A DNA stretch of 64,000 bases, from positions 132,122,001-132,186,000 of the forward strand of contig NC_042997.1 in the NCBI RefSeq assembly GCF_006345805.1, in the 5' to 3' direction. How positions within the stretch are numbered: the first letter of the stretch is position 1; every line of letters starts with the position of its first letter. This stretch comes from Octopus sinensis (taxonomy: Eukaryota). Positions 22,348 through 33,878 of the stretch are shown here, piece by piece. The notes beneath the pieces were generated by a model, which saw nothing but the letters and a program-made list of their open reading frames with translations, searched no databases and had not been told where the DNA came from. The position numbers were made by a program, and so were the translations under genes.

Positions 22348-22385
<38 letters not shown>

Positions 22386-22426
22386 TTTATACGGGATATA
22401 TGTATGTATATATATGTGCATATATA

Positions 22427-22600
22427 TAGTTGAAATTTATAGAAAAACAAAACATGAAAACAGGTGGATGAACAACAAGTAGGTGTATTAGTTTGATGCT
22501 CAGGAAAATGAAAAAGTCTTTTATGTTTTGAGCCTATGCACTTCAACAGAAAGGAATAAGAGAAAATAAACAGAGAGAGAATGAAAAAAAAAACTTGTAT
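22427..22600 (+). repeat. Unclassified interspersed repeat (copies at about 27401-27570 + and 29640-29785 -)
   Basis: GTTGAAATTTATAGAAAAACAAAA...TTAGTTTGATGCTC.GGAAA..GA.AAAGTCTTTT..GTTT.GAGCCTA shared by three copies. Confidence 0.75.
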
Positions 22601-22605
22601 ATATA

Positions 22606-22979
22606 CTAGCAGTATCGCCCGGCGTTGCTCAGGTTTGTAAGGGAAATAACTATAAAGCATTTTTAGAGAGTTATAGCCAAAAAATAGCAAAAAAATGGAA
22701 AAAAAATGATGGTAAATTTTTTTTGAGAGTTAAAAAGGTGGAGTTGCGTCCCCTAGACGGTCTGTAGTTTGGGTTTCTGATTCTCGACCCCATGTCGAAT
22801 TTATCGATTTTTTTCAGAACTGGGGGAACTTTTCTAAATTTTCGCTGCGTTAGTTTTGAATTATGACATTGGGCTATGTGTGTATCAAGTTTCATCAGAA
22901 TCGGTTGAAAGCCGTGGTCAGAGTGAGGGTACGAGAAAACAGACACACAGAAAACGCACAGACAAACTGCCGTTTATAT

Positions 22980-22984
<5 letters not shown>
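22606..22984 (-). mobile_element. Non-autonomous mini-Helitron (379 bp)
   Basis: Minus strand: A|TCTCTATATAAACGGCAG at the 5' end, subterminal hairpin CCTGAGCAACGCCGGG, and CTAG|T at the 3' end. Confidence 0.82.
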
Positions 22985-23010
<26 letters not shown>

Positions 23011-23312
23011 ATCAAAATAAGCAACTGGATATCAAGAAATGATGCAGTATGACTGTTTCAAGCCGCTCCATTTAATTGAATATATATATATATATACACA
23101 CACACACATACATACACACACATGGCTTTAGCAAGGGCATCCAGCTGTAGAAACTTTGCCAAAGATCATATTGGAGTCTGACACAACCCTGCAGGTTGCT
23201 GGCTTCCTGTCAAACCGTCCAGCCATGATAACATGAAAAGTAGATGTTACATGATGATGATGATGATGATGATGATGTTGACAATGGTGATGATACACAC
23301 ACGCACACACAA

Positions 23313-23369
<57 letters not shown>

Positions 23370-23984
23370 TAGTTAGATACACATACAGGCTAAAAATTTC
23401 TAGCGAGAATCACACTTTGAAAAGCTAAAAAGTATAAACTGGTCACTAAAATAGATTTTCTCTCTATTTTTTAAATAAAATTTATTTTGTGAAAACTTCA
23501 CTTCAGTAAAACCAGACTTAGTAAAATATATTCTCGTTTTGAACAATACATTTGGTAAAAAAAAACCCTCTTCTGTAAAATGAGACTTACATTATAGGTA
23601 AAAAGCACTATAATTTTTTCAGTAAAACTTTTTTTATGTGAAAACAAACATTGTAATTTTTACTGCGTATATATATACATATATATATATTTTATCTATA
23701 TGGAAAAATAAACTTTGTTTTATTCTATAAAAAATTCAGATATATAAAAAATGCAATACATTTTCAACCCTTTTTATCGTTTTCCTATATATATACATGT
23801 ATGCATGTATACATATATATTTCTATGTATATATGTATGTATGCCTGTATGTATGTATGTATGTATGTATGTATGTATGTATGTATGTATGTATGTATTA
23901 ACTTTACACATGGAATTGGAATTAAATTCTCTTTGCAAAGTTAATCTGTTAGCAAAAAAAATATTAGCAAACACAACATTGTGA

Positions 23985-24030
<46 letters not shown>

Positions 24031-24152
24031 TCACATGCACACACACACACACACACACACACAATCTACAAGGCATCTCCTGAAATATATACATACTTGA
24101 ACTACTGACAACTCAATTTTCATTTCCTTTTAGATTTAAACTATTGGAAATA

Positions 24153-24661
24153 ATGAATAGAACTAGACCAAACTTTGAACAAAGGAAATTTATCCTAGAG
24201 TGCTACTGGAAATTTGAAAACACAGTTGAAGTGCAAATAGAGTTTAGGAGAGTTTCAAACAGATTCATCTCTGTGACTCACCATCACTCAAATTAGAGAG
24301 AAGTTTGAAGTAGATGGAACTGTTCAGAATGTCTATAAGAAATCTTCTGGAAGGCTGCAGATATCAATGAGCCCCAAAAAGCAAGAAAGTGTACAAGAGA
24401 TGTGTTGCCCATCGAGAAAACCTGTGTTGCGAGTGAGTTACTCTTTTTACTTTTTACTTGTTTCAGCCATTTGACTGTGGCCATGCTGGAGCACCGCCTT
24501 TAGTCGAGCAAATTGATCCCAGGTCTTATTCCTTGTAAGCCTAGTACTTATGCTATCGGTCTCTTTTGCTGAACCACTAAGTTACAGGGATGTAAACACA
24601 CTAGCATTGGTTGTCAAGCGATGTTGGTGGGACAAACACAGACACCAACGTATACACACAC

Positions 24662-24692
<31 letters not shown>

Positions 24693-25053
24693 CATATATA
24701 TACGACGGACTTCTTTCAGTTTCCATCTACCAAATCCACTCACAAGGCTTTGGTAGGCTCGAGGCTATAGTAAAAGACACTTGCCCAAGTTGCCATGCAG
24801 TGGGACTGAACCAGGAACCATGTGAGATAGGAATTTCAAAGTCAACCATCCATTGAATTTTGATGTGCTACCATTGGATAAGCTACATTCCAAGAATAGC
24901 GCAATGTCTCAATGAAGAGATATGGACTGAAGAATTGAGTTCTGTGAGTCAGACATGGCAAGATGAGTAGAAGATACACACTTTCCAGCAATGACTGTTT
25001 GGAGTAATGAGGTTGCATTTCAAGTAAATGGCTCAATTAACTGCCACAATAAT
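24153..25053 (+). mobile_element. Degraded Tc1/mariner-superfamily transposase with DUF4817-like N-terminus, split by a SINE
   Basis: FEQRKFILECYWKFENTVEVQ...LTITQIREKFEVDGTVQNVYKKSSGR. After the SINE: GISKSTIH*IL...YIPRIAQCLNE...WSNEVAFQVNGSINCHN. Confidence 0.75.
24445..24822 (-). mobile_element. SINE family A inserted in the DUF4817-type transposase
   Basis: Reverse-complement copy; the transposase reading resumes on both sides. Confidence 0.87.
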
Positions 25054-25464
25054 GATGCTTTATTAAAAGCATCCTGTCCACACAGTAAAGTGGTCAGTGT
25101 TAGGGAGGGCATCCAGCTGTAAAAACCATGCCAAAATTGACCTTGCCTGTGCTTGTGCCACGTAAAAAAAGCACTCAGTCCACTCTGCTGGGTGGTTAGT
25201 GTTAAGAAGGGCATCCAGCCATAAAAATCCAGAGAAGTCTGATGTAGGCTTCTACCTGGCTGGCTCCTGTCAAACCATCCACCTCATGCCAGCATGGGAG
25301 GCTGATATTAAAATGATGATGATGATGAGCATATCATAACTAGTAGCACTGCTAAGTACTATGGCCCACTTACCACTGCACTGAAAGCTGATTGCATATT
25401 GATATAATCTACATGGAGTTCTAACTCATTTTATAGTAGTTGTACATTTAAGTGCACACAAACG

Positions 25465-25680
25465 ATACATGCATATACATACATACATACATACATACAT
25501 ACATACATACATACATACATACAAACATATATACAAATATGCATACATATATACATGCAAACATACGTACATACATACATACATACACACATACAAACAT
25601 ACAAACATACAAACATACAAAAATACATACATACATACATACATACATACATACATACATACACACATACATACATACAT
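25465..25680. repeat. (CATA)n microsatellite (also (TATG)n at about 23830-23897, (GACA)n at about 23320-23370, (GATA)n at about 29030-29065, and many (CA)n, (GA)n and (TA)n tracts)
   Basis: Seen directly. Confidence 0.95.
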
Positions 25681-27395
25681 GATTATGCAAATAAATGAAT
25701 AAAGTTGCTTGGGCTAGATATATAAAATATACATACATATATACATGTAAACAGAGAGAGACAAATACTGAAGATATTCAGACAGTGAACATTTTTGCAT
25801 AAATATATAGATCTTTGTGGAGGTGCAATGGCCCAGTGGTTAGGGCAGCGGACTTGTGGTCGGAGGATCAAGGTTTTGATTCCTAGACTGGGTGTTGTGT
25901 ATGTTTATTGAGCGAGAACACCTAAAGCTCCATGAGGCTCCGGCAGGGGGTGGTGGTGACCCCTGTTGTACTCTTTCGCCCCAACTTTCTCTCACTCTCT
26001 CTTCCTGTTTTCATATAGAATATATAAAGATACCAGTAATTATTAAAATATATAACATACAGGAATATATATATATGTATATTTATATGCCACAACAGCT
26101 GACTGGCTTCCGTGTCGGTGACATGTAAAAAGTACCATTCGAGCGTGATTGTTACCAGCATCGCCTTACTAGCACTTGTGCTAATGGCATGTGAAAAAAC
26201 ATTCAAGCGAGGTAGTTGCCAGTGCTGCTGGACTGGCTCCTGTGCAGGTGGCACATAAAAAACACTATTTGAGTGTGGCTGTTGCCAGTACAGCTCAATT
26301 GGCCCTTGTGCCGGTGGCACGTAAAAGCACCCACTACACTCTCGGAGTGGTTGGCATTAGGAAGGGCATCCAGTTGTAGAAACTCTGCCAGATTAGATTG
26401 GAGTCTGGTGCAGCCATCTGGTTTGCCAGTCCTCAGTCAAATCATCCAACCCATGCTAGCATGGAAAGCGGACGTTAAACGTTGATGATAATGATGATGA
26501 TAATGATGATGATGATGATATATACACACACATACATACATACATGATTATGCAAATAAATGAATAAAGTTGCTTGGGCTAGATATATAAAATATACATA
26601 CATATATACATGTAAACAGAGAGAGACAAATACTGAAGATATTCAGACAGTGAACATTTTTGCATAAATATATAGATCTTTGTGGAGGTGCAATGGCCCA
26701 GTGGTTAGGGCAGCGGACTTGTGGTCGGAGGATCAAGGTTTTGATTCCTAGACTGGGTGTTGTGTATGTTTATTGAGCGAGAACACCTAAAGCTCCATGA
26801 GGCTCCGGCAGGGGGTGGTGGTGACCCCTGTTGTACTCTTTCGCCCCAACTTTCTCTCACTCTCTCTTCCTGTTTTCATATAGAATATATAAAGATACCA
26901 GTAATTATTAAAATATATAACATACAGGAATATATATATATGTATATTTATATGCCACAACAGCTGACTGGCTTCCGTGTCGGTGACATGTAAAAAGTAC
27001 CATTCGAGCGTGATTGTTACCAGCATCGCCTTACTAGCACTTGTGCTAATGGCATGTGAAAAAACATTCAAGCGAGGTAGTTGCCAGTGCTGCTGGACTG
27101 GCTCCTGTGCAGGTGGCACATAAAAAACACTATTTGAGTGTGGCTGTTGCCAGTACAGCTCAATTGGCCCTTGTGCCGGTGGCACGTAAAAGCACCCACT
27201 ACACTCTCGGAGTGGTTGGCATTAGGAAGGGCATCCAGTTGTAGAAACTCTGCCAGATTAGATTGGAGTCTGGTGCAGCCATCTGGTTTGCCAGTCCTCA
27301 GTCAAATCATCCAACCCATGCTAGCATGGAAAGCGGACGTTAAACGTTGATGATAATGATGATGATAATGATGATGATGATGATATATACACACA
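25661..27395. repeat. Apparently exact 865-bp direct tandem duplication
   Basis: Identical ORF pairs offset by exactly 865 (25683/26548, 25892/26757, 26273/27138); ACACA microhomology at the junction. Confidence 0.95.
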
Positions 27396-27605
27396 TACAT
27401 TGAAATTTATAGAAAAACAAAAGATGAAGACAGGTGTATGAATAACAAGCAGGTGCATTAGTTTGATGCTTGGGAAACTGAGAAAGTCTTTTGTTTCAAG
27501 CCTACGATCTTCAACAGAAAGGAATAAAAGAAAATAAACAGAGAGAAAATAAATTAAAAAAAACTTGAGGATATAGCAATCAAACATAGCGACTGTTTTG
27601 ACAGG

Positions 27606-27654
<49 letters not shown>

Positions 27655-27656
27655 AA

Positions 27657-27690
<34 letters not shown>

Positions 27691-28019
27691 TAAATATCAT
27701 TATTATAATCATTGTTTAAAGTCCACCTTCTATGCTGGCTTGGGCTGGACTGTTTGATAGGAGCTGGTCAAGCAGAAACCTGTACTATACTTCTGTGTCT
27801 GTCTTGGCATGATTTTTTATGGCTGGATGCCTTTCCTAACACCAACCATGGCTGTAAAAATTCTGCCAAAAACAGACACAGTAGCTTAAGGTAGTTTTCT
27901 ACTTGACTGTCTCCTGTCAACCATCCTACCCATGCATGCATGGATGACGGATGTTAAACGATGATGATGTTGAAGCAAAAGGTTAGTATAAAGTTAGTCA
28001 TCATCATCATTATCATCAT

Positions 28020-28480
28020 CGTTTAATGTCCGCTTTCCATGCTAGCATGGGTTGGACGATTTGACTGAGGCCTGGCGAACCAGATGGCTGCACCAGACTC
28101 CAATCTGATCTGGCAGAGTTTCTACAACTGGATGCCCTTCCTAACGCCAACCACTCTGAGAGTGTAGAGGGTGCTTTTATGTGCCACTGGCATGAGGGCC
28201 AGTCAGGTGATACTGGCAACGGCCACGCTCAAATGGTGCTTTTTATGTGCCACCTGCACAGGAGCCAGTCCAGCGGCACTGGCAATGACCTCGCTCAAAT
28301 GTTTTTTCACATGCTACCGGCACAAGTGCCAGTAAGGCGACGCTGGTAATGATCACACTCGAATGATGCTTTTTACGTGCCACCAGCACAGAAGCCAGTC
28401 CAGTGACGCGGCACTGGCAATGACCTCGCTTGAATGTTTTTTTCACGTGTCACTAGCACAAGAGCTAGTAAGGCGACATT
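28020..28480 (-). mobile_element. Repeat family B
   Basis: Reverse-complement copy following (ATC)n. Confidence 0.8.
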
Positions 28481-28535
28481 CCAAAAATCCTTGTGTAGGA
28501 AGTTAATAATGTTCAAGCATTTATTAATCATCATA

Positions 28536-28580
<45 letters not shown>

Positions 28581-29939
28581 AGTGAACATAAGAGTGCAGG
28601 CTGAACATAAATAATTTTTTATAGGAATGGAGTATTGGTGATAACATGATATTAAAGTGCTTATTACAGTACAGTAATGTACATGGAGAGATATTCTCAT
28701 TATTTATTGCTTAAAGTGTGTTCCTGAGTATGATATTTCACTTATATTTTGTTTGAGAAACAAGAACATGCAATGTAAGTAATGTCATAAAAGAGAAGTG
28801 GATCTCTGTTTGTTTATCTGTCTATCTGTAACAACATCTATTAGAAGGTGGAAAAGAAGGAGAGGAATGAAAATATATGTCACAATGTATCTTTAGAAGG
28901 GGAGGAGAGAAAGATTTTTGAGAGAGAAATAGAGTGAGAGAGAATGAAATGGAGAAAGCGAGAGAGAGAGAGAGTGTGTGTAAGGGATAGATAGTCAGAC
29001 AGACAAATAGTTAGATAAATAAATAGATAGATAGACAAATAGATAGATAGATAGATAGATAGAAAGTGAGAGTGAGAGAATGAATGAGTGAGAGAGAGAG
29101 AGAATGAATGAGTGAGTGAGAGAGAGAAAGAAGATAGATAGATAGGTAGTGTTGTGACCATAGTAACTGACAATTTTTGATTAAAAACGCAGGTATTTTG
29201 AGTACAAGTCTGTAACAACACAACACAGCTTTAAAAAAATGATTTTCCTTATATAACAATATAGTTATTCTTTTGATTGTTTCTGTGTGTGTTTGTGTCT
29301 GTGTGTGTATTTCTGTGTTTGTGTATGTGTGTTTCTGTATGCTTTTCAACACAGAGACAATGCAATGCAACACAGCTTCAAAATAATTTTAAAAAATGTC
29401 TTTCACTATATAACAATATAGATAGTTATTTTTTGGTTGTCTATATTTCCATTTGCACGTGAGTTTCTCTTTGTCTTTCATCATAAAGACAATGCGAATC
29501 ACGTTAAAAAAAAAAAAGACTTTCACTATATAACAGTACTATAAAAAAGAAGGTATGTGCATGATTAACAAATATCTTTACCGGTCGAGTAGTGATAGAT
29601 AATAACCTCCACAAAAAAAAATAAATAAACGTGCTTTATATAAATGTACATACATATAACCTGAAGAGCATAGGCTCGAAACGTAAAAGACTTTCTCACT
29701 TTCTCGAGCATCAAACTAATACACCTGGTTGTTGTTCATATTTTTGTTTTCGTCTTTTGTTTTTCTGTAAATTTGAACTACATATATATATATATATTTA
29801 TATATTCTTTTATTCTTTAACTTGTTTCAGTCATTTGATTGCAGCCATGCTGGAGCACCGTCTTTAGTCATAGAAATCGACCCCAGGACTTACTCTTTGT
29901 AAGCCTAAGAACTTATTCTATCGAATACACACACACACA

Positions 29940-29980
<41 letters not shown>

Positions 29981-30409
29981 CTACACCTATGGTCAAAACC
30001 ATTCCAATCGGTCCCATCTTGTCTATTCTCCAAGAAATGTGGATCTAGTACCATATAATCCAATATGTCCTTGCACTTTATGAGAGAGATTCGTTGGGTA
30101 TTTCTCACAAGTCAATTGACAGCATATGAAACTCACTCTCACGCGCTACTTAGCTTAGAAGTTCCCTATGCATGTGGAGTGTCAAGAAGGAAGAGCATCA
30201 GATAGGTAGACAGTGTCAGTCTCTCTCAGCCTATTAAGTAACTAGTAACGTAAGAACTGATTGATGTTACCAATGTATCAATCATGTATTAAAAATGACA
30301 CTTTTCTTAATATTTGTTTATTTACTAAAGGATTAGTAAACTATTAAACAATCACCAAATTCCTCCCCTTTTTCCACCTCTATGAGGTAGTGGTAGGTAT
30401 TCTAAAATT

Positions 30410-30822
30410 CAGCACTGGATTATCCATTAAGCAAAATAAGACCGTGCTTAGGGCATCAAGTGGGAGGCACCACAGAAAGGGTAAATGGTCTACAGCACAA
30501 AAAAAATCACTTTAAACTTGCTAAAATAATTTCGCAGTGCCTTATCTCTACAAAGTATAGAAGCAGACGTTTTATGTAAGATTAATTTTGAGAATCTGAT
30601 CAAAGACTTTGTAATTCAAAAATGTAGGAGGAAACTTTTCAAATATAAATAAAGTGGAAGTATACAAAAATAAGCATTATTTCCCATCTTACTGTTAGTT
30701 TTGTCATTTAGAAAAAGAAGAATTTATTTTATGGTTTATTATTGTTTACATTTCGAATTATACATGGAGGCACCAAAATCTTTTGAGTGCTTAGGGCCTC
30801 TATGGATTTTAATCCGGCTCTG
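30410..30822. mobile_element. hAT-like MITE
   Basis: Termini CAGCACTGGATTA and, as reverse complement, CAGAGCCGGATTA. Subterminal GTGCTTAGGGC at both ends. Degenerate 8-bp flanks CTAAAATT / CCAAAATC. Confidence 0.65.
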
Positions 30823-30981
30823 CCAAAATCCCACCGTTCAACTATAAGAGGTTCTCAACGTAGGCGGTACTGCTCCCCAAGAGGGCGCTGGGCATATCGA
30901 AGGGGGTGTCAGGCTTTAGGGGTCGTTGAGGTTACATAATCAACATGCTAACTTTTACTTATCGTAGTAATTATATTATGA

Positions 30982-31300
30982 GGAGGCGCAATGGCCCAGT
31001 GGTTAGGGCAGTGGGCGTAGGATCGTGGTTTCGCTTCCCTGACCGGGCGTTGTGAGTATTTATTGAGCGAAAACATATAAAGCTCAACGAGACTCCGGCA
31101 GGGATTGGTGGAAAAACCTGCTGTATTCTTTCGCCACAACTTTCTCTCACTCTTTCTTCCTGTTTCTGTTGTACCTGTATTTCAAAGGGGCCAGCCTTGT
31201 CACACTCTGTGTCACGCGAATCTCCCTCAGAACTCCGTTAAGGGTACACGTGTCTGCGGAGTGCTCAGCCATTTGCACGTTAATTACACGAGCAGGCTGT
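30982..31300 (+). mobile_element. SINE with family D head and family E body
   Basis: Head as at 16738-17048 and 25817; body homologous to 13630-13765. Confidence 0.75.
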
Positions 31301-32221
31301 ATAAAACTAGTAATGATTATTAAAATATAATCAGAGATAAGTAATGTGCTGCTATTTCTAGCAGGTCGAGCAACGCTGTAGGTTCTATACAATTGTTCGT
31401 CCTGATATAGAAAATTTAGCTAAGTCTCATCAGGTACAGGAAAGTCATTAACTTGCAATGTATGAAGTAAATTTACATTTGTTTTCATTTAATTTTTTTC
31501 ATCATTCCACTGTTAAAAGCTTATACAATCCATTTTTAGAGTAACATTTATAAGTTATCGTCCATGTTAAGTTAGTTTAATCGCGATACCTCACTCGGCA
31601 CTTAGGTATAACAACTACTCAAAAAAGAATGTGTGTGTGTGTGTGTGTGTGTGTGGTGCGGGGTTGAGGAGTGTTACACAAAAAGTTAAGAACCACTGAA
31701 CCACGCCCATCTGAAGAGTGCAATAGATTACTAATAATGTTTTAGTAAATAATAATAATGAAATTAACATAAGGGACGTTAGCCATCTGAATGTGGCTAG
31801 GGACAGGGCAGGGCGGTGGGGGTGTTACTGATGCATTTAGCCCCAGGCGATCATCAACGTCACCAGGAGGGCTGAGAGAATTATAATAATGAAATTATTG
31901 TATACATAATAAATTATTATTGTATAAATAATGATAATAATAAAAATTGGCTGATACAATAATGAACCAAAATATATTGCTTTGTGCTTTAGTCAAAAAG
32001 AAGCAACAAAAATACTAATATTAACTAAAATATTCATAATGTTAGTGTGTTTGTATTATAAATACCTGACTTGTTTTAAAATTAAATGAGCTGGAGTACG
32101 TAAATTTCACCGCAGGCACCAAAGTACACAAACACACACAAAAAAAAAATCTACCTACATTATCTTTACGTAGATTTCACTTGAACCTAATTTATTTTAT
32201 AGTTTTCGCTATAAAGGATAC

Positions 32222-32264
32222 ATTCTAAATAATATTTCTCTTCGTTTGGGTCAATCTCTGCCAT
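32222..32264 (-). CDS. SPAG16: SPAG16/PF20 coding exon 1 (MAEIDPNEEKYYLE + T, phase 1)
   Basis: ATG at 32264-32262. YYLE matches the recalled vertebrate SPAG16 N-terminus (YYLEQVTITEASEDDYEYEE). Followed by donor GTATCCTTT; phase joins exon 2. Confidence 0.85.
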
Positions 32265-32276
32265 AGCTATTCTGCC

Positions 32277-32290
32277 GTTACTATAGTAAC
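32277..32290. promoter_or_regulatory. RFX X-box palindrome GTTACTATAGTAAC in the SPAG16 promoter/5' UTR
   Basis: Perfect 14-bp palindrome fitting GTTNCYATRGNAAC, 13 nt upstream of the ATG of a ciliary gene, in a locally CpG-containing patch. Confidence 0.75.
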
Positions 32291-32504
32291 TACAATAACA
32301 GCGTAACTTGCGCCTTCTCATTGAAGGGAGGCAACTCTTGCAATTTCAGCGCGGTTATAATGTCTCTTGATGGGGAAACAGAACTATAATCTTACAAACC
32401 GAGTTCAGTTCCACTGCGCAGTAACTCGAGCCTCTTCTATTATAGCCGAGGGCCGACCTATGCCTTGTGAATAAATTTGATAGACAGAAACTATATGGAA
32501 GATG

Positions 32505-32668
32505 CAGGAGGAAGGGGTTTGAGAAAGTTGTGGCGAAAGAGTCAGCAGAAGTTCGCCATTACTTTCTGCCGGAACCGCGTGGAGCTTAGGGGTTTCGCTC
32601 ATAAACACACACATCGACCGCTCTGAAATTCGAACCCACGATCCCTCGACTAGGCCATGCGCCTCCAC
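32505..32668 (-). mobile_element. SINE family D, diverged, upstream of the SPAG16 promoter
   Basis: GCGCCTCCAC head end and TTGTGGCGAAAG body; tail-to-tail with a family A fragment at about 32395-32500. Confidence 0.65.
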
Positions 32669-33671
32669 AGGGCGTTATGTCATGATACATCTATATGTAT
32701 CCATATACATCCATATGTACAAGTTGACCCTTAAGACTAGTAAGATATTAACAATTAATACCTTTCATAACAACAGTAATACTGACAGGCCCTGTTGAAC
32801 AGAGAGAAGCAGGGTTGCCACTCATCAAATAATAAAACACCCAGATTATTTGCTGTAAAAAAAAAAAAAACATCCTATTTTATAAACCCAGATGGTAGAA
32901 AATAGTTATATAATTGGTAATTTAGTGATAAAATATGTTATATGACAAAATGAATTGAGAATTTAATACTTTATATCATAATTGTCAAGTTCGTGCATAT
33001 CCACATCATCTTCATTCACTCTTCCCTTTTTGAAGTTCAGTCTACTCGTTTATCCAGAGGACGATACTTCTGCTATCCAAAAAGAGGAGATAATTTATAA
33101 AAAGGCTGACAAATCCATAAAACAACCCCAAGTGCAATCTCGATTTAAGTAAAAGGAACCTTGCCGTTTTGCTAGTGTTCGGCTAGAACACTTTAAAGAA
33201 AAAAAGAAACTTAAATAAATAAATAAATAAATAAATCTATGCATGCATACATACATAAGTACCTTCAGCGCTCGTGCACGCACGCACACACATACACACA
33301 TACATACACGCAGATTTTTAAGATTTACAATGTAAAATGATATTAAAAAATTGGGAAGCCTCATTTTGAGATTGAGACGTTAAGTCGAGGTAAAAAAAAA
33401 CGTGACATATTGAATATTACTTTATATGATATAATATATACAAGACGTGATGTACTTCTAGCACGTCCAGGAGAGGTTAATATTCCTCTCAATATATATT
33501 AGTGTATATATAATATGTTGTGGTTTGAGGGAAATTGCACTACTATTCATTGAAAATCGTTGCAATATTGATCAAGTTTTCAGTACACAATAGACAAACA
33601 ACGTGACGTATTTGAAATAGGCATTTTTGTATGGTTAAGAAAATCGTTTCACAAGTATGTGGTTACTCTAA

Positions 33672-33860
33672 AGGTGGCGATCTGGCAGAAGAGGTAGCAC
33701 GCCAGGCGAAATGCTGAGCGTCGACTTTGCCTTTCATCCATTCGGGGATGATTAAATAAGTACCAGTTACGCACTAGGGTCGATATAATCGACTTAATCC
33801 GTTTGGACGTCCTTGTTTGTCCCCTCTATGTTTAAGCCCTTGTGGGCGATAAAGAAATAA
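33672..33860 (+). mobile_element. SINE family C (internally deleted) abutting the satellite edge
   Basis: GTCGACTTTGCCTTTCATCC...TAAGTACCAGTTACGCAC...AAAGAAATAA. Confidence 0.8.
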
Positions 33861-33878
33861 AGGTTAATATCCAGATCT

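Larger units (their letters stand above)
20749..32221 (-). other. U12-type (minor spliceosome) GT-AG intron 1 of SPAG16, 11,473 bp
   Basis: 5' site GTATCCTTT is an exact U12 consensus. Branch-like TTCTTTGAC has its A 13 nt before the end of the terminal CAG, and there is no long pyrimidine tract. Confidence 0.85.

Noticed and set aside
30852-31698. Possible Charlie-like MITE (AGAGGTTCTCAAC ... GTTAAGAACCACTG) interrupted by a SINE
   Set aside because: The termini are suggestive but degenerate and no 8-bp TSD was found, so it is not listed as a feature.
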